This document shows positions 16,873 through 27,192 of a stretch of DNA of 64,000 nt, in pieces. Under the pieces are notes generated by a model, which saw only the letters and a list, made by a program, of their open reading frames with translations, was not told where the DNA came from and ran no database searches. The DNA is from Candidatus Woesearchaeota archaeon (GTDB lineage Archaea > Nanobdellota > Nanobdellia > Woesearchaeales > UBA9989). The stretch spans positions 159 to 64,158 of the forward strand of contig DUKZ01000015.1 of the NCBI GenBank assembly GCA_013329045.1, given 5' to 3'. Made by a program: the position numbers and the translations under genes. Position 1 is the first letter of the stretch. Every line of letters begins with the position of its first letter.

Positions 16873-17532
16873 ATGTGCATGGGAAAGGTTGGTGGGATTG
16901 ATGAAGCAGGGCGAGGTCCCCTCATTGGCCCGCTCGTGATCTGCGGGGTGTGCTGCGATGAACTCTCTCTTGATATGCTAAAAAGCCTCGGAGTGAAGGA
17001 CTCAAAGCTTCTTACTCCTCTTAGGAGAGAGGAATTGTTTGATAAGATTATTGCGATAGTCGATCATCACAAGATTATCATCATCCCCCCTGATGAGATT
17101 GACATGGCCGTGAATTCTTCAACGACAAACCTGAACTGGCTTGAAGCCATGAAATCAGCAGACATCATCAATACATTGCCAATGGACAAAGTCATCCTTG
17201 ATTGCCCATCCCAGAACATCCCAAGCTATACAAAATACGTCAAGGACCGGTTGAATAAAGATGTCAGGATTGTCTGCGAATATAAAGCAGACCTGAACCA
17301 TGTCATTGTGGCAGCAGCATCCATCCTTGCCAAAGTGACGAGAGATAGGGAGATTGAAAAGATCAAGGAAACGATAGGAGTTGATTTTGGCTCAGGATAT
17401 ACGTCCGATCCAAAGACAAGAGAGTTTCTCGTTGAACACACCGCCCTTGGAAACGGCATATTCAGGAAATCCTGGATGACCTATAAAGTGTTAGAGGGAA
17501 AAAAAGAACAAAAAACGCTGGGGGAGTATTAA
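16873..17532 (+). CDS. rnhB: ribonuclease HII
   Basis: GIDEAGRGPLIGPLV active-site motif and DSK. Confidence 0.85.
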   Translation: MCMGKVGGIDEAGRGPLIGPLVICGVCCDELSLDMLKSLGVKDSKLLTPLRREELFDKIIAIVDHHKIIIIPPDEIDMAVNSSTTNLNWLEAMKSADIINTLPMDKVILDCPSQNIPSYTKYVKDRLNKDVRIVCEYKADLNHVIVAAASILAKVTRDREIEKIKETIGVDFGSGYTSDPKTREFLVEHTALGNGIFRKSWMTYKVLEGKKEQKTLGEY

Positions 17533-17538
17533 TTTGAC

Positions 17539-17958
17539 TTACTTAATCTTTTCTACTAATCCGCCAAGGTCTTGGGATGCTCTTTTGGAAGCCTCGAGAT
17601 TTGCTGCAACCAGGTCATCTTCTGTGAGCCTTCTTCCAAGATTCTCAGAATACGGGAGCAGCCTTGGGCCGCCAGAAGTCACATATTGATCAATGCCAAA
17701 CAGATTCTGGTAAGCAGCCTGCCTTGCTTTGCTCTGAGCATGAATAACCATCTGGGAGAGAACTCCCCGTCTTCTTTCCCGAGAAACATCAGCATGATTG
17801 ACATTGCCAACCCTTCCGGAATTAAGATAGACAGTTGCACAAGCAAGGGGGTCACCTGCCTTTGTCACCACTCCAGCCAATCTTGACAATTCTTCTGGGC
17901 GATATAATCCATTTCCAAATCCATTTCCGCTAACAGTAGCTGCTCTTTCTTGATACAT
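17539..17958 (-). CDS. hypothetical protein
   Basis: About 139 aa from the internal ATG (MYQERAATV). The listed M1 is a GTG. No recognisable family. Confidence 0.35.
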   Translation of the reverse strand: MYQERAATVSGNGFGNGLYRPEELSRLAGVVTKAGDPLACATVYLNSGRVGNVNHADVSRERRRGVLSQMVIHAQSKARQAAYQNLFGIDQYVTSGGPRLLPYSENLGRRLTEDDLVAANLEASKRASQDLGGLVEKIK

Positions 17959-18142
17959 GATAAAAACCTCCACACTTTGGACACCTGGAGGTTCTTTTAA
18001 AGGTTTTTGAGCTAATTATTCATTGCATACTAATTACCCTGATAGGAATATCCTATGATATCAGGAGCACTCAGAAGCATTATAAAATCGCAGTCTTTAA
18101 ATACCATAACCTCACCATCCAACATGAGAAAAGGGGAATTTC

Positions 18143-21100
18143 ATGACGAAAATCAATCGAATGGTGATGCAGGGATTCAAGAGTTTTGCGAAGCACACTG
18201 AACTGATTTTTGGGGACAAATTCAACGTCATCGTCGGCCCAAACGGATCGGGAAAAAGTAATATTTACGATGCACTCTGTTTTGTCCTCGGCAAATCATC
18301 CTCCCGGTCGCTTCGGGCTGAAAAAGCCCAGAACCTCATCTACAATGGCGGGAAAGAAAGGAAACCGGCAGCTGCCGGTGAAGTAGCCATCTATTTTGAC
18401 AACACAAACAAGGTGTTCCCGACAGAGGAGGCGGAAGTGAAGATCAGCCGGATCGTCAAGCCAAACGGGCAGTCTACGTATAAAATCAACAACCAAAAAA
18501 GGACGCGTCAGCAAATCCTAGACCTTCTCGCTTTTGCAAAAATCAACCCGGACGGCTATAACATTATCCTCCAAGGAGACATCGTGCATTTCATCGATAT
18601 GCCCCCAACCGAGAGGCGAGAGATCATCGAGGAGATAGCAGGCATCTCTGTTTATGAGGAGAAGAAGCAAAAGGCGCTTGGCGAGCTTGATAAGGTCGGA
18701 GAGAAACTCAAGGAAGCATCGATCATCCTCGCCGAGCGGGCGACGTATCTAAAGGAGCTCAAGAAAGATCGCGACCATGCATTGAAGTATAAAGAGCTGG
18801 ATGACAAAATCAAGCAGCACAAAGCATCATACCTTCACCTGATGATCAAGCAAAAGGCAAAGAGCCTGGAAAAGTTTGAGACAGGGATGGGCGCATTCAC
18901 TGAGAGGATCAAGAGCCTGAGCGAAAAGATCGCGAAAGACAAGGAAGCTGTTGCCAGCAGCCAAGCAGAAGTAAAAACGATCAATGAGGAAATAGAGAGA
19001 AGAGGAGAACAAGAACAGCTCCAGCTCCACAAACAAGTAGAAGAACTTCGGGTTACCATCGCCACCAGCCAGCAACAGATCGCAAGCCACAAGAATGAAG
19101 TTGGAAGACTCACAGCCAGAAGAGAGCAGCTTGTTGCGAGCAAAGAAGACCTTGACAAAAAGATTACTGGACTGACAGAAGAGAACAGTGCCTATAAGAA
19201 ACGGCTCGAAGGGCTTTCCAAGGACAAAGAGCATATCACCCTGAAGATTGCTGAATTTCGAAAGAAGCACAGCCTTGATAATGTCAGCGAGATAGAGCGC
19301 GGCGTTGAGGAATTGGAAAAGAGCATCGAACAAGAACAAGAGAAAGCAGGAGAGTGGCGGGTAAAACAGCAGGAACTGCTCAGAGAAAAGGACAAGATCG
19401 AATACCAGATCAACATGGTAGACCAGCGCATCGCCAAGATGGATGAGGTGGAAAAAGAGAATAAGAAGGAGCTGGAGAATCTCAAACAGAAAAAAGACCT
19501 TTTCAAAAAAATAACTGTAGAACTCAATACCATCCTCAATGAGGATTCATCCCTTGCTGTCCAGATCGCAAACAAGCGAGAGCGGCTGCTGCAGGCAAAA
19601 GAAGAGCTGGCAAAAGTCAGGGTAAGGAACGCTGCCGTCACTGAAACAGCGAAAGGAAGCGCGGCAGTCAACAAGATCATCGATGAGAAAAAACGCTTTC
19701 CGGGGGTTTATGGAACTGTGGCAGATCTTGGAAGCGTGCCATCAAAATATGCTGTTGCCCTCGAGCGGGCAGCTGGCCCTCGGCTTCGCAGCATCATCGT
19801 TGATTCAGACAAAACAGCAGCTGATTGTATCAGGTATCTCAAAGAGAACAAGCTTGGCCATGCGACATTCCTGCCACTCAACAAGATCAAGGGGGCAGAG
19901 GAACGAATAGTCTCTCCAGACCTGATCAAAGCGAATGGGAGCCATGGCCTCGCACTTGGCCTCATCGACTTTGACAAAAAATTCAAGAATGCCTTTGGGT
20001 ATGTTTTTGGCAATACTATCATCGTCGAGAGCATCGACGTTGCCAGACGCATTGGCATTGGATCCGCACGGATGGTGAGCCTCGATGGGGACCTCGCAGA
20101 ACTCTCTGGAGCGATGCAGGGAGGATTCTTCAGCAAGCGCTCAGAGACAGGCTTTAAGGAGAAGGAACTCACAGAAAACCTGCAGCGGATTGAGCGGGAA
20201 GTAGATGAACTTGTGATGTCCCTTGAAGTGCTCGAGAAAAGAAGACGGGACAATGACGAAAAGATCACCCAGCACCGTGAAAGCAAACACGCTCTTGAAG
20301 GGGATATCATCAAAGAAGAAAAAGCGCTCCACCTCGACACGGATGACCTTTCCGCCTCCCAAAACCAGAAAGCAACACTTCAAGAGGAGCTCTCGAGAAT
20401 CATAAAAGAGATGGGCGGGGTGGAGGACAATATCTCATCATTTACCAAGAAGCTCACAGACATCAAGATCAAGAGAGAACAATTACGAGGGAAAATCAAG
20501 GAATTACGAAATCCTGCATTGTTAGCTGAATTGAATACATTTGAGCATAAGCGAACAGAACTCTCTGAAAGCATCATCACAACGGATGGCAAACTCAGGA
20601 CAAATGAGAGCCAATTGACCAATGTGCTCGTGCCGGAAACCGAGAAAACAGAGAAAATCATTAAGCAGCTCGCCAAGGAAGAAGCAGGATTTGCCCAGCA
20701 GATTGGCGAGGTTGAAAAGAGCATAAAAAAACTGACCAGCGACCTTGTGGCAAAAGAAGAGCAGGAGAAAAAGTTCTATTCCCAATTCAAGAACCTCTTC
20801 ACAAAACGGGACAAGATCAATGAACAAATCCAAAAACTGGAGGTTGCCATCATCAAGAAAGAAGAAGAGATTAGGGGAGTAGAACAGCAGCAGAATGCCA
20901 GCTCCATTGAAGCGGTCAGGATCAAAGCAGAGATCTCCGGCCTGGAAGAGGATTACAAAGAGTATCATGGAATTAAAGTGATTGAGAGCAAGAGCATCGA
21001 TGACCTGAAAGCGGATACAAGAAATTTTGAGCGAAGCCTTGCCGCGATTGGGAGCGTGAATATGCGGGCTCTTGAGATTTACGAAAAAGTGGAAGTCGAA

Positions 21101-21640
21101 TACAATAATCTGCTTGACAAGGAAAGGAAGCTTTCAGAGGAAAAAGAAGAGATCATTGGCATGATGAATGAGATAGACAGCAAGAAGTCTGAACTGTTCA
21201 TGAAAACATTCGATCTTGTGAATACTCACTTCCAGGAAATATTTGGGAAACTGACAACCAAAGGAGCACAGGCATACCTTGAGATAGAAGATCCGGAACA
21301 CATCTTCGAGAACGGCGTCCTTATCAAGGTGAAGATTACCGGCACGAGGTTCATGGACATTCGGAGTTTGTCAGGCGGGGAGAAGACATTGACGGCACTT
21401 GCCTTTATTTTCGCCATACAAGAATTCGATCCTGCAAGCTTTTACGTTCTTGATGAAGTTGATGCTGCGCTTGACAAGCACAACTCAGAACAGCTTGCCC
21501 AGCTCATCCAGAAATATGCTGAACATGCACAATACATCACTGCGTCCCATAACGACCAGATCATCTCTGCAGCTGATACCATCTATGGGGTTTCCATGAA
21601 TGAACATGGGATGAGCTCGGTTGTGAGTTTGAAATTGTAG
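18143..21640 (+). CDS. smc: chromosome segregation protein SMC
   Basis: N-terminal Walker A GPNGSGKSN, a long coiled coil with a hinge, and the C-terminal signature LSGGEKTLTALAFIFAIQ plus Walker B FYVLDEVDAALD. Confidence 0.92.
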   Translation: MTKINRMVMQGFKSFAKHTELIFGDKFNVIVGPNGSGKSNIYDALCFVLGKSSSRSLRAEKAQNLIYNGGKERKPAAAGEVAIYFDNTNKVFPTEEAEVKISRIVKPNGQSTYKINNQKRTRQQILDLLAFAKINPDGYNIILQGDIVHFIDMPPTERREIIEEIAGISVYEEKKQKALGELDKVGEKLKEASIILAERATYLKELKKDRDHALKYKELDDKIKQHKASYLHLMIKQKAKSLEKFETGMGAFTERIKSLSEKIAKDKEAVASSQAEVKTINEEIERRGEQEQLQLHKQVEELRVTIATSQQQIASHKNEVGRLTARREQLVASKEDLDKKITGLTEENSAYKKRLEGLSKDKEHITLKIAEFRKKHSLDNVSEIERGVEELEKSIEQEQEKAGEWRVKQQELLREKDKIEYQINMVDQRIAKMDEVEKENKKELENLKQKKDLFKKITVELNTILNEDSSLAVQIANKRERLLQAKEELAKVRVRNAAVTETAKGSAAVNKIIDEKKRFPGVYGTVADLGSVPSKYAVALERAAGPRLRSIIVDSDKTAADCIRYLKENKLGHATFLPLNKIKGAEERIVSPDLIKANGSHGLALGLIDFDKKFKNAFGYVFGNTIIVESIDVARRIGIGSARMVSLDGDLAELSGAMQGGFFSKRSETGFKEKELTENLQRIEREVDELVMSLEVLEKRRRDNDEKITQHRESKHALEGDIIKEEKALHLDTDDLSASQNQKATLQEELSRIIKEMGGVEDNISSFTKKLTDIKIKREQLRGKIKELRNPALLAELNTFEHKRTELSESIITTDGKLRTNESQLTNVLVPETEKTEKIIKQLAKEEAGFAQQIGEVEKSIKKLTSDLVAKEEQEKKFYSQFKNLFTKRDKINEQIQKLEVAIIKKEEEIRGVEQQQNASSIEAVRIKAEISGLEEDYKEYHGIKVIESKSIDDLKADTRNFERSLAAIGSVNMRALEIYEKVEVEYNNLLDKERKLSEEKEEIIGMMNEIDSKKSELFMKTFDLVNTHFQEIFGKLTTKGAQAYLEIEDPEHIFENGVLIKVKITGTRFMDIRSLSGGEKTLTALAFIFAIQEFDPASFYVLDEVDAALDKHNSEQLAQLIQKYAEHAQYITASHNDQIISAADTIYGVSMNEHGMSSVVSLKL

Positions 21641-21754
21641 TGAAGAGTATGAAATTGTAAGAGGGATTCATCAATTCAAAGTATCCTTTCAATGACAAGA
21701 GTCTTTATATATTCTTTTTGTGATAGAGAAAATTGGGGTGGTGGTAGGTGGAAG

Positions 21755-24604
21755 ATGAGAAAATCTACGTGTTTGATAATCACTTTATTATTAATTTTGC
21801 CGGTATGTTACTCTTTAAGTATATTGCCTGTGGGGAATGAATTTCTTGTAAATAACAATATTGCAGGTGATCAAAAATTCCCATCAGTAACTATTCTTGA
21901 AAACGGCAGTTTTATCATAACATGGCAGAGTGCAGGTGATGGTAATGGTTTTGGCATTTATGCCAGAATCTATAATGCAACTGGCGCCCCCATCACAAAT
22001 GAATTTTTAGTAAATAATCAGACAGGAGGTGATCAGACAAGCCCTGATATCTCCAGTGATAAAAATGGTAATTTTGTAATAGTTTGGGAAGAAGGAACAG
22101 GGAATGATATTTTTGCAAAAACATACTCAAGTGATCATAGTCCTCTCACTAATGGTTTCCAAGTGAATACTTACACAACCAATCTTCAATCTAGACCAAA
22201 GGTTTCATTAAGAAATGATAGCTCATTTGTAGTTGTGTGGCAAAGCGCTGGGCAGGATACCTCATTTGATGGGGTCTATGGACAAAGATTCTGGTTGAAT
22301 GGTTCGAAGATAGGGAATGAGTTCCAGGTAAACTCATTCACGACTGGTCAACAAGATGACCCTGCTGTCGATTACTCCTCATCAGGAGACTTCATTGTAG
22401 TATACAATAGCGAACATGACGGTTCTGGTTATGGTGTTTTTGGCCAGATATTTGGTAGCATGGGATCTAAAAAGGGTAATGAGTTCCAGATAAACAATTA
22501 TACAAATAGCTCTCAATACCGACCAGATGTTAGATACACAAGAAATGATGATTTTCTGGTTGTTTGGCAGAGCATAGGGCAGGATGGCTCTGCTGAAGGA
22601 GTGTATGGCCAATGGTTCAATAGATCCGGTAATAAGATCACTGGGGAGTATCAGATTAACCAATACTTCGCAGGTGAGCAGCTTGTAGCAAAGATTGGTA
22701 TGGGCGATCTACATGAATCTATAATCACATGGATGAGTGAATCTCAGGATTTGAGTGGGTGGGGGGTTTATGCTAGAGTATACAATCAAAGTATGTTGCC
22801 AGTAGGTAATGAAACTTTGATTAATCAAGAGACCAGCGATGACCAGAGAAATCCAAGAATTTCTGCAATAAAAAATGGATATGTGGTCATCACTTGGTCA
22901 AGTAATCAAGATGGAAGTGGTCAAGGTATTTATGCAAGGATTTACGCCTTCGATCAAGATGGTGATGGCGTCCTTAATGATAATTGTCCTGATGTGTATA
23001 ACCTTGATCAAGCGGATGCTGATGGAGATGGTATAGGGAACTTATGTGATAATTGTCCATCAAATTTAAATCCGAGTCAGGAAGATATTGATGGTGATAG
23101 TGTGGGAGATATTTGCGATAACTGCCCATCTGATTTCAATTCTGATCAGACCGATGCAGACAATGATGGATTTGGAGAAGTCTGTGATTGTAATGATGGG
23201 GATGATAATGTATTTCCTCCTTCTGATGGGATGTCAATAACTAGCAACACAATACTCTGCACGGGAAGCTATAGTTTGTCAAACGGCATATCAATCACCG
23301 CAGATAATCTTATCCTTCAATGCAACAATACCGAAATTGTAGGCTCTTCAACTACTACAAATGGGATTACTCTGCACGATGGAGCGTTCAATGTAACAAT
23401 AAACAACTGCAATGTTACAAATTATTTTAAGGGAATCTTCTGCTATCAAGATTGCAATGACAACATACTCCAACAAAATAACCTTTATAACAACGAACAA
23501 GCAGGCATCGTTTTTTCCTACCGAAGCAACAATAACATCTTCAGGGAAAACTTTGTATCTAGAAACGGAGGGGGGATAACACCACCAGACGTGCCCTGTG
23601 GGTTGTGTATTGATCTTGACACCCATGACAATCTTGTCTATAATAACATTTTCTCAGACAATCTAGGGTACGGACTTAATTTACAACGGACTCAACAAAA
23701 CAATATAACCAACAATACGTTCATCAACAATACTATAACTGGCTTGGGAGTTGACCAGAGAGTGAGTGGACCAGGAATTTTTAACCAATCAGCACTCAAC
23801 AATATCTGGAACAATATTTTCCAAGTGATGGGAGTGAATGATTCCCATGAGACAGATAATACATACTGTGTTGATTGCCTGGGCAATAACTATTTCGACG
23901 GTGCGACAGGGCCGCAATGCCCCTCATCATGTTTCGATCCAGACAATGACGGAATAAACTCAACCTTTGATAACTGTCCGAACCTTCCAAACACCAACCA
24001 ATCAGACTTCGATAACGACACTGTAGGCGACATCTGCGACAATTGTTTCAACGTCAATAATACTGGTCAGGAAGATGACAATAACAACTCAGTCGGAAAT
24101 CTTTGTGAACCAACAAATTATCAAACGAAGGGTGGCTTGGTAAACATGAGTTGCTTTATCGGAGATGATCCTGTAGGATTGACGAATGTTCAAGCTGTTG
24201 ATGAAAACACTCTTCCCCAAGAGGGAAAACCAGACCTAACGTTCATTTTTGGGTTATTCTCTTTCGAGATTGAAAATATTCCTCCAGGATCAACAGTTGA
24301 TTGCACCTTAACCCTTCCCTCAACCTTGGAAAATGCTCAATACTGGAAATATGGACCGAATGGGTCTATCAACAACCCTCAACCTGCCAGATGGTATCAA
24401 ATTCCTATGGTTACCAATCGAAACAACATAACAATCAATATAATCGATGGTGGTGTTGGAGATGATACAGGAGCAGTAAATGGCCACATCATCGATCAAG
24501 GAGGGCCTGGAGTGCCTTCTCTACCTATTCCAGCAATGCCCTGGACCCTGGCTGTAATGCTTGGCCTCGTCTTTATCCTGATTGGGCACCATGGAAAACG
24601 CTAA
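21755..24604 (+). CDS. giant secreted or surface protein with tandem ~45-aa repeats, thrombospondin type-3-like Ca-binding repeats, a beta-helix region and a C-terminal TM anchor
   Basis: Start at the internal ATG MRKSTCLIITLLLILPV, preceded by a GGTGGTAGGTGG Shine-Dalgarno-like sequence. About 8 repeats of NEFxVNxYTxxxQxxPxV...DGxFVVVWQSxGQDGSxxGVYGQ. DxDxDGxxDxCDNCP repeats at aa ~420-500. Beta-helix-like NxT-rich segment. The C-terminus ends ...PAMPWTLAVMLGLVFILIGHHGKR. Confidence 0.7.
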   Translation: MRKSTCLIITLLLILPVCYSLSILPVGNEFLVNNNIAGDQKFPSVTILENGSFIITWQSAGDGNGFGIYARIYNATGAPITNEFLVNNQTGGDQTSPDISSDKNGNFVIVWEEGTGNDIFAKTYSSDHSPLTNGFQVNTYTTNLQSRPKVSLRNDSSFVVVWQSAGQDTSFDGVYGQRFWLNGSKIGNEFQVNSFTTGQQDDPAVDYSSSGDFIVVYNSEHDGSGYGVFGQIFGSMGSKKGNEFQINNYTNSSQYRPDVRYTRNDDFLVVWQSIGQDGSAEGVYGQWFNRSGNKITGEYQINQYFAGEQLVAKIGMGDLHESIITWMSESQDLSGWGVYARVYNQSMLPVGNETLINQETSDDQRNPRISAIKNGYVVITWSSNQDGSGQGIYARIYAFDQDGDGVLNDNCPDVYNLDQADADGDGIGNLCDNCPSNLNPSQEDIDGDSVGDICDNCPSDFNSDQTDADNDGFGEVCDCNDGDDNVFPPSDGMSITSNTILCTGSYSLSNGISITADNLILQCNNTEIVGSSTTTNGITLHDGAFNVTINNCNVTNYFKGIFCYQDCNDNILQQNNLYNNEQAGIVFSYRSNNNIFRENFVSRNGGGITPPDVPCGLCIDLDTHDNLVYNNIFSDNLGYGLNLQRTQQNNITNNTFINNTITGLGVDQRVSGPGIFNQSALNNIWNNIFQVMGVNDSHETDNTYCVDCLGNNYFDGATGPQCPSSCFDPDNDGINSTFDNCPNLPNTNQSDFDNDTVGDICDNCFNVNNTGQEDDNNNSVGNLCEPTNYQTKGGLVNMSCFIGDDPVGLTNVQAVDENTLPQEGKPDLTFIFGLFSFEIENIPPGSTVDCTLTLPSTLENAQYWKYGPNGSINNPQPARWYQIPMVTNRNNITINIIDGGVGDDTGAVNGHIIDQGGPGVPSLPIPAMPWTLAVMLGLVFILIGHHGKR

Positions 24605-25031
24605 GTTTACTATCGCATTCCTGGCATGGTATCTCCCAGTGTATGGGCTGTTTTATCTGTTCTCGCTGCCATTGACACATGCATATATGTGGTTTCTCTC
24701 TCTTACGCCGTGGATCTCTTCAGGAAATACCCTCCTGATAGATGGCTCTGCCTTAACACTTGATACTGCCTGCATAGGGATTGCAATCTTTGCAATGTTT
24801 ACCTCATTTGTCATTGCATTTGGATTTAATTTTGCATCATTCCTGGCAGGAATCGGATTGATATTCCTGCTAAATCTGTTGAGAATCTTCACGTTAGGGC
24901 TAGCAGCAATGACAGGTGTTTTTGACATTGTCCATAACTTTCTCTGGCCCTCAACATTCTTCCTATTTGCTGGACTCGCAGCTTACCTGCATGTGAGGTG
25001 GATACGATCGATATCAAAAAAGGAATCCTGA
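24582..25031 (+). CDS. minimal exosortase/archaeosortase-like membrane protein (putative)
   Basis: 149-aa polytopic protein with Cys64 in LDTACIGIAIF, then Arg101 and Arg139. The Cys-Arg-Arg spacing (+37, +75) resembles the catalytic triad spacing of the archaeosortase/exosortase family. It overlaps the 3' end of the surface-protein gene. Confidence 0.3.
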   Translation: MGTMENAKFTIAFLAWYLPVYGLFYLFSLPLTHAYMWFLSLTPWISSGNTLLIDGSALTLDTACIGIAIFAMFTSFVIAFGFNFASFLAGIGLIFLLNLLRIFTLGLAAMTGVFDIVHNFLWPSTFFLFAGLAAYLHVRWIRSISKKES

Positions 25032-25459
25032 GCTACGTGCTCTTGTTTGCTCTCATTCGGATATTACCAATAAACATCTTTCAAGTCATGATAAGTTTTG
25101 GAGTCAAGGTATTGAGCATGATTTTTGGCATACCTCTCAAGATGGTCGTGTTCCCAAATTTGGTAGAGTTAATGAGTGGGACAGGGAGAATGGTGATCTC
25201 ACAGAGTTTTTACGACATCCTTGTCGGCATTGCTCTTTGTATTATGGTAAGCATGAACCTAAAAAAAGTGGTTCTCTTCCTTGCGGGAATGCTAACTTTT
25301 TATATTCTCCTCTATGGAGGAATGGTGGTATTTTTAGAACACGGGTGGATATCACAGGTGGTTATTATGATACCGCAAATAGTGCAGGTGATTGTATTTC
25401 CTATAATTATTGTTGCTGTCTTGTTGATGAGAAATAACATGTCATGGGTTACAAACTGA
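24998..25459 (+). CDS. integral membrane protein
   Basis: 153 aa, 4-5 TM helices, overlapping the previous ORF in another frame. Confidence 0.35.
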   Translation: MDTIDIKKGILSYVLLFALIRILPINIFQVMISFGVKVLSMIFGIPLKMVVFPNLVELMSGTGRMVISQSFYDILVGIALCIMVSMNLKKVVLFLAGMLTFYILLYGGMVVFLEHGWISQVVIMIPQIVQVIVFPIIIVAVLLMRNNMSWVTN

Positions 25460-25673
25460 TTAACGATTTTTTAGCATATTAATCTCTGACTCAGAACCAG
25501 CGTCAGCAAACCTCAAGAGGGGAGATAGTGACGTTACCATCACTGGTCAGCATTCCAAAAGCTTTAAATACATAATAATCAATATTTTATCCAGTGGCAT
25601 ATAATAAAAAAAGGGGTAATTTAGAAATCTTTTTAAGTGATTTAGCCGCTCCGTTATCAGTGGGGGGGTATTC

Positions 25674-26480
25674 ATGATATTATCGAAAGATGAAGCAATA
25701 TGCCTAATTTTAAGTTTGTCTAAAAACAAGGAAGTTTCATCACCTACAAAATTGAACAAACTGTTAGCAAGGCTTAACTTATTTTATATTCCAGTCGACA
25801 TTGATTTTACTTTGAATAAATTTGGTTCTTTTAACGCAGATTTATCAGAACTTCGTGAGAATGATTATTATAGTACCTCGCAATATGAATATAAGGAAAA
25901 AAAGGTGAATAAGTTTATATTGAAACCAAAAGGAGAAGTGTTAATAAAAGAGGTTGTAGAACAAAAACTTAAAAGAATTTTAACAGAAGAGGAACTCAAA
26001 TCTCTGGGTGAAAACATTTCATATCTCAGTTCCTTAACTGCAACAGAAATATCTGATAATGAACATAGTATATTGCTGGTTGATGTTGATGATAGGTTCA
26101 GATTAGAGCAGAAAATTAATGAAACCTTTATAGAATTAAAGGATCTCTATCAAGGATTAAATGATATACCGGAAAACACAATAGTCGAAATAAGGTTAAA
26201 GGCTTTGATAGAACTCTGCTATTATTTAATAAAGTATTTAAAAGAAATGAAGTTTAAGAGGTTACAGGATAAAGAATATGACTTTCATTCCAATATGTTT
26301 GATTATTATTTCTTAGAGAATATCCATTCTATCATCCCTTTCTTGAAGAGGGCTGTTTTGAATAATAACAACGAGGGGATAACCATAAACAAATATTATC
26401 AATACTTTATCAACTCTGTGCGGGACAGACACCCTTTTTCAATCTATAATGAAAGTCTTAATGAGATAGTTTTGATATAA
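25674..26480 (+). CDS. hypothetical protein with an N-terminal Panacea (DUF4065)-like antitoxin motif
   Basis: The very AT-rich gene opens with TKLNKLLARLNLFYIP...FTLNKFGSFNADL, which resembles the KLqKLLY...AwkyGPV core of Panacea-domain proteins. The rest is helical. Confidence 0.35.
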   Translation: MILSKDEAICLILSLSKNKEVSSPTKLNKLLARLNLFYIPVDIDFTLNKFGSFNADLSELRENDYYSTSQYEYKEKKVNKFILKPKGEVLIKEVVEQKLKRILTEEELKSLGENISYLSSLTATEISDNEHSILLVDVDDRFRLEQKINETFIELKDLYQGLNDIPENTIVEIRLKALIELCYYLIKYLKEMKFKRLQDKEYDFHSNMFDYYFLENIHSIIPFLKRAVLNNNNEGITINKYYQYFINSVRDRHPFSIYNESLNEIVLI

Positions 26481-26481
26481 C

Positions 26482-27069
26482 ATGATTGTCAACAAATGTA
26501 TCTATGCATTTGATGAATGTTCGATCCTAAAATTATGTGAAATCCACATTCCTCCTGCATATCAAATATTTTTCGCAAAGAGTATTCTGACTGAAAGAAA
26601 CCATCATAAAATTAAGACTGCTGTTCAAAGACTAGATTTCAAGGATATTAAAAAATGGAGATTTGTTCCATCTGAGAATACCCAAAGTAATATCATTAAG
26701 GTAGCAAATAAACTGCTTGAAGGATACAATATCCAGATGCTTCCTAAGATATTTAAAGCTCAAATAATAGAACAACTTGAAGAGTTCAGCCGAGATATCC
26801 CTTTGACTTTTGACGAAATTAAAAAAAATGATGAGATTACTGAAATTAAAGAAATATTTGTTACTAACGAGCGAGTTCTAAAGAGAGAAAAAAATATACC
26901 GGAGGATGATGATATGAAAATAATTTCTGGTTATATCAAGATTGGAACTGAAAAAGAGAAGTTTCTTATCACAGAAGATGAACATTTTTGGGGTTACTCT
27001 GATTTAATTGCTGAAAATTTTAGAATTATAATTATTGAAGAATGGAGATGTGACAAAGTATTAGCATAA
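26482..27069 (+). CDS. PIN-like nuclease (putative toxin)
   Basis: Conserved acidic positions of a PIN fold: N-terminal IYAFDECSIL, ILTERN and the C-terminal hhTxDxxF motif FLITEDEHF. The start is 2 nt after the upstream stop (TAACATG), suggesting translational coupling. Confidence 0.4.
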   Translation: MIVNKCIYAFDECSILKLCEIHIPPAYQIFFAKSILTERNHHKIKTAVQRLDFKDIKKWRFVPSENTQSNIIKVANKLLEGYNIQMLPKIFKAQIIEQLEEFSRDIPLTFDEIKKNDEITEIKEIFVTNERVLKREKNIPEDDDMKIISGYIKIGTEKEKFLITEDEHFWGYSDLIAENFRIIIIEEWRCDKVLA

Positions 27070-27192
27070 ATAGGTTAGTTACTCATCGTATCATATTATT
27101 CTCCTAAGCAATGCTGTAACCTTTCACTATCAAAAAAAAATGATACCACTCGACTCTATTTTTTATGTTGAATCATAACACGCATTTTTACT

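Noticed and set aside
18296-20968. Multiple 60-210-aa ORFs on the minus strand inside smc (18296-18514, 18827-19339, 19192-19680, 19708-20340, 20380-20724, 20522-20968)
   Set aside because: They are antisense to a clearly conserved SMC gene. Their Ser/Leu-rich low-complexity translations are typical of a mirrored K/E-rich coiled-coil gene.
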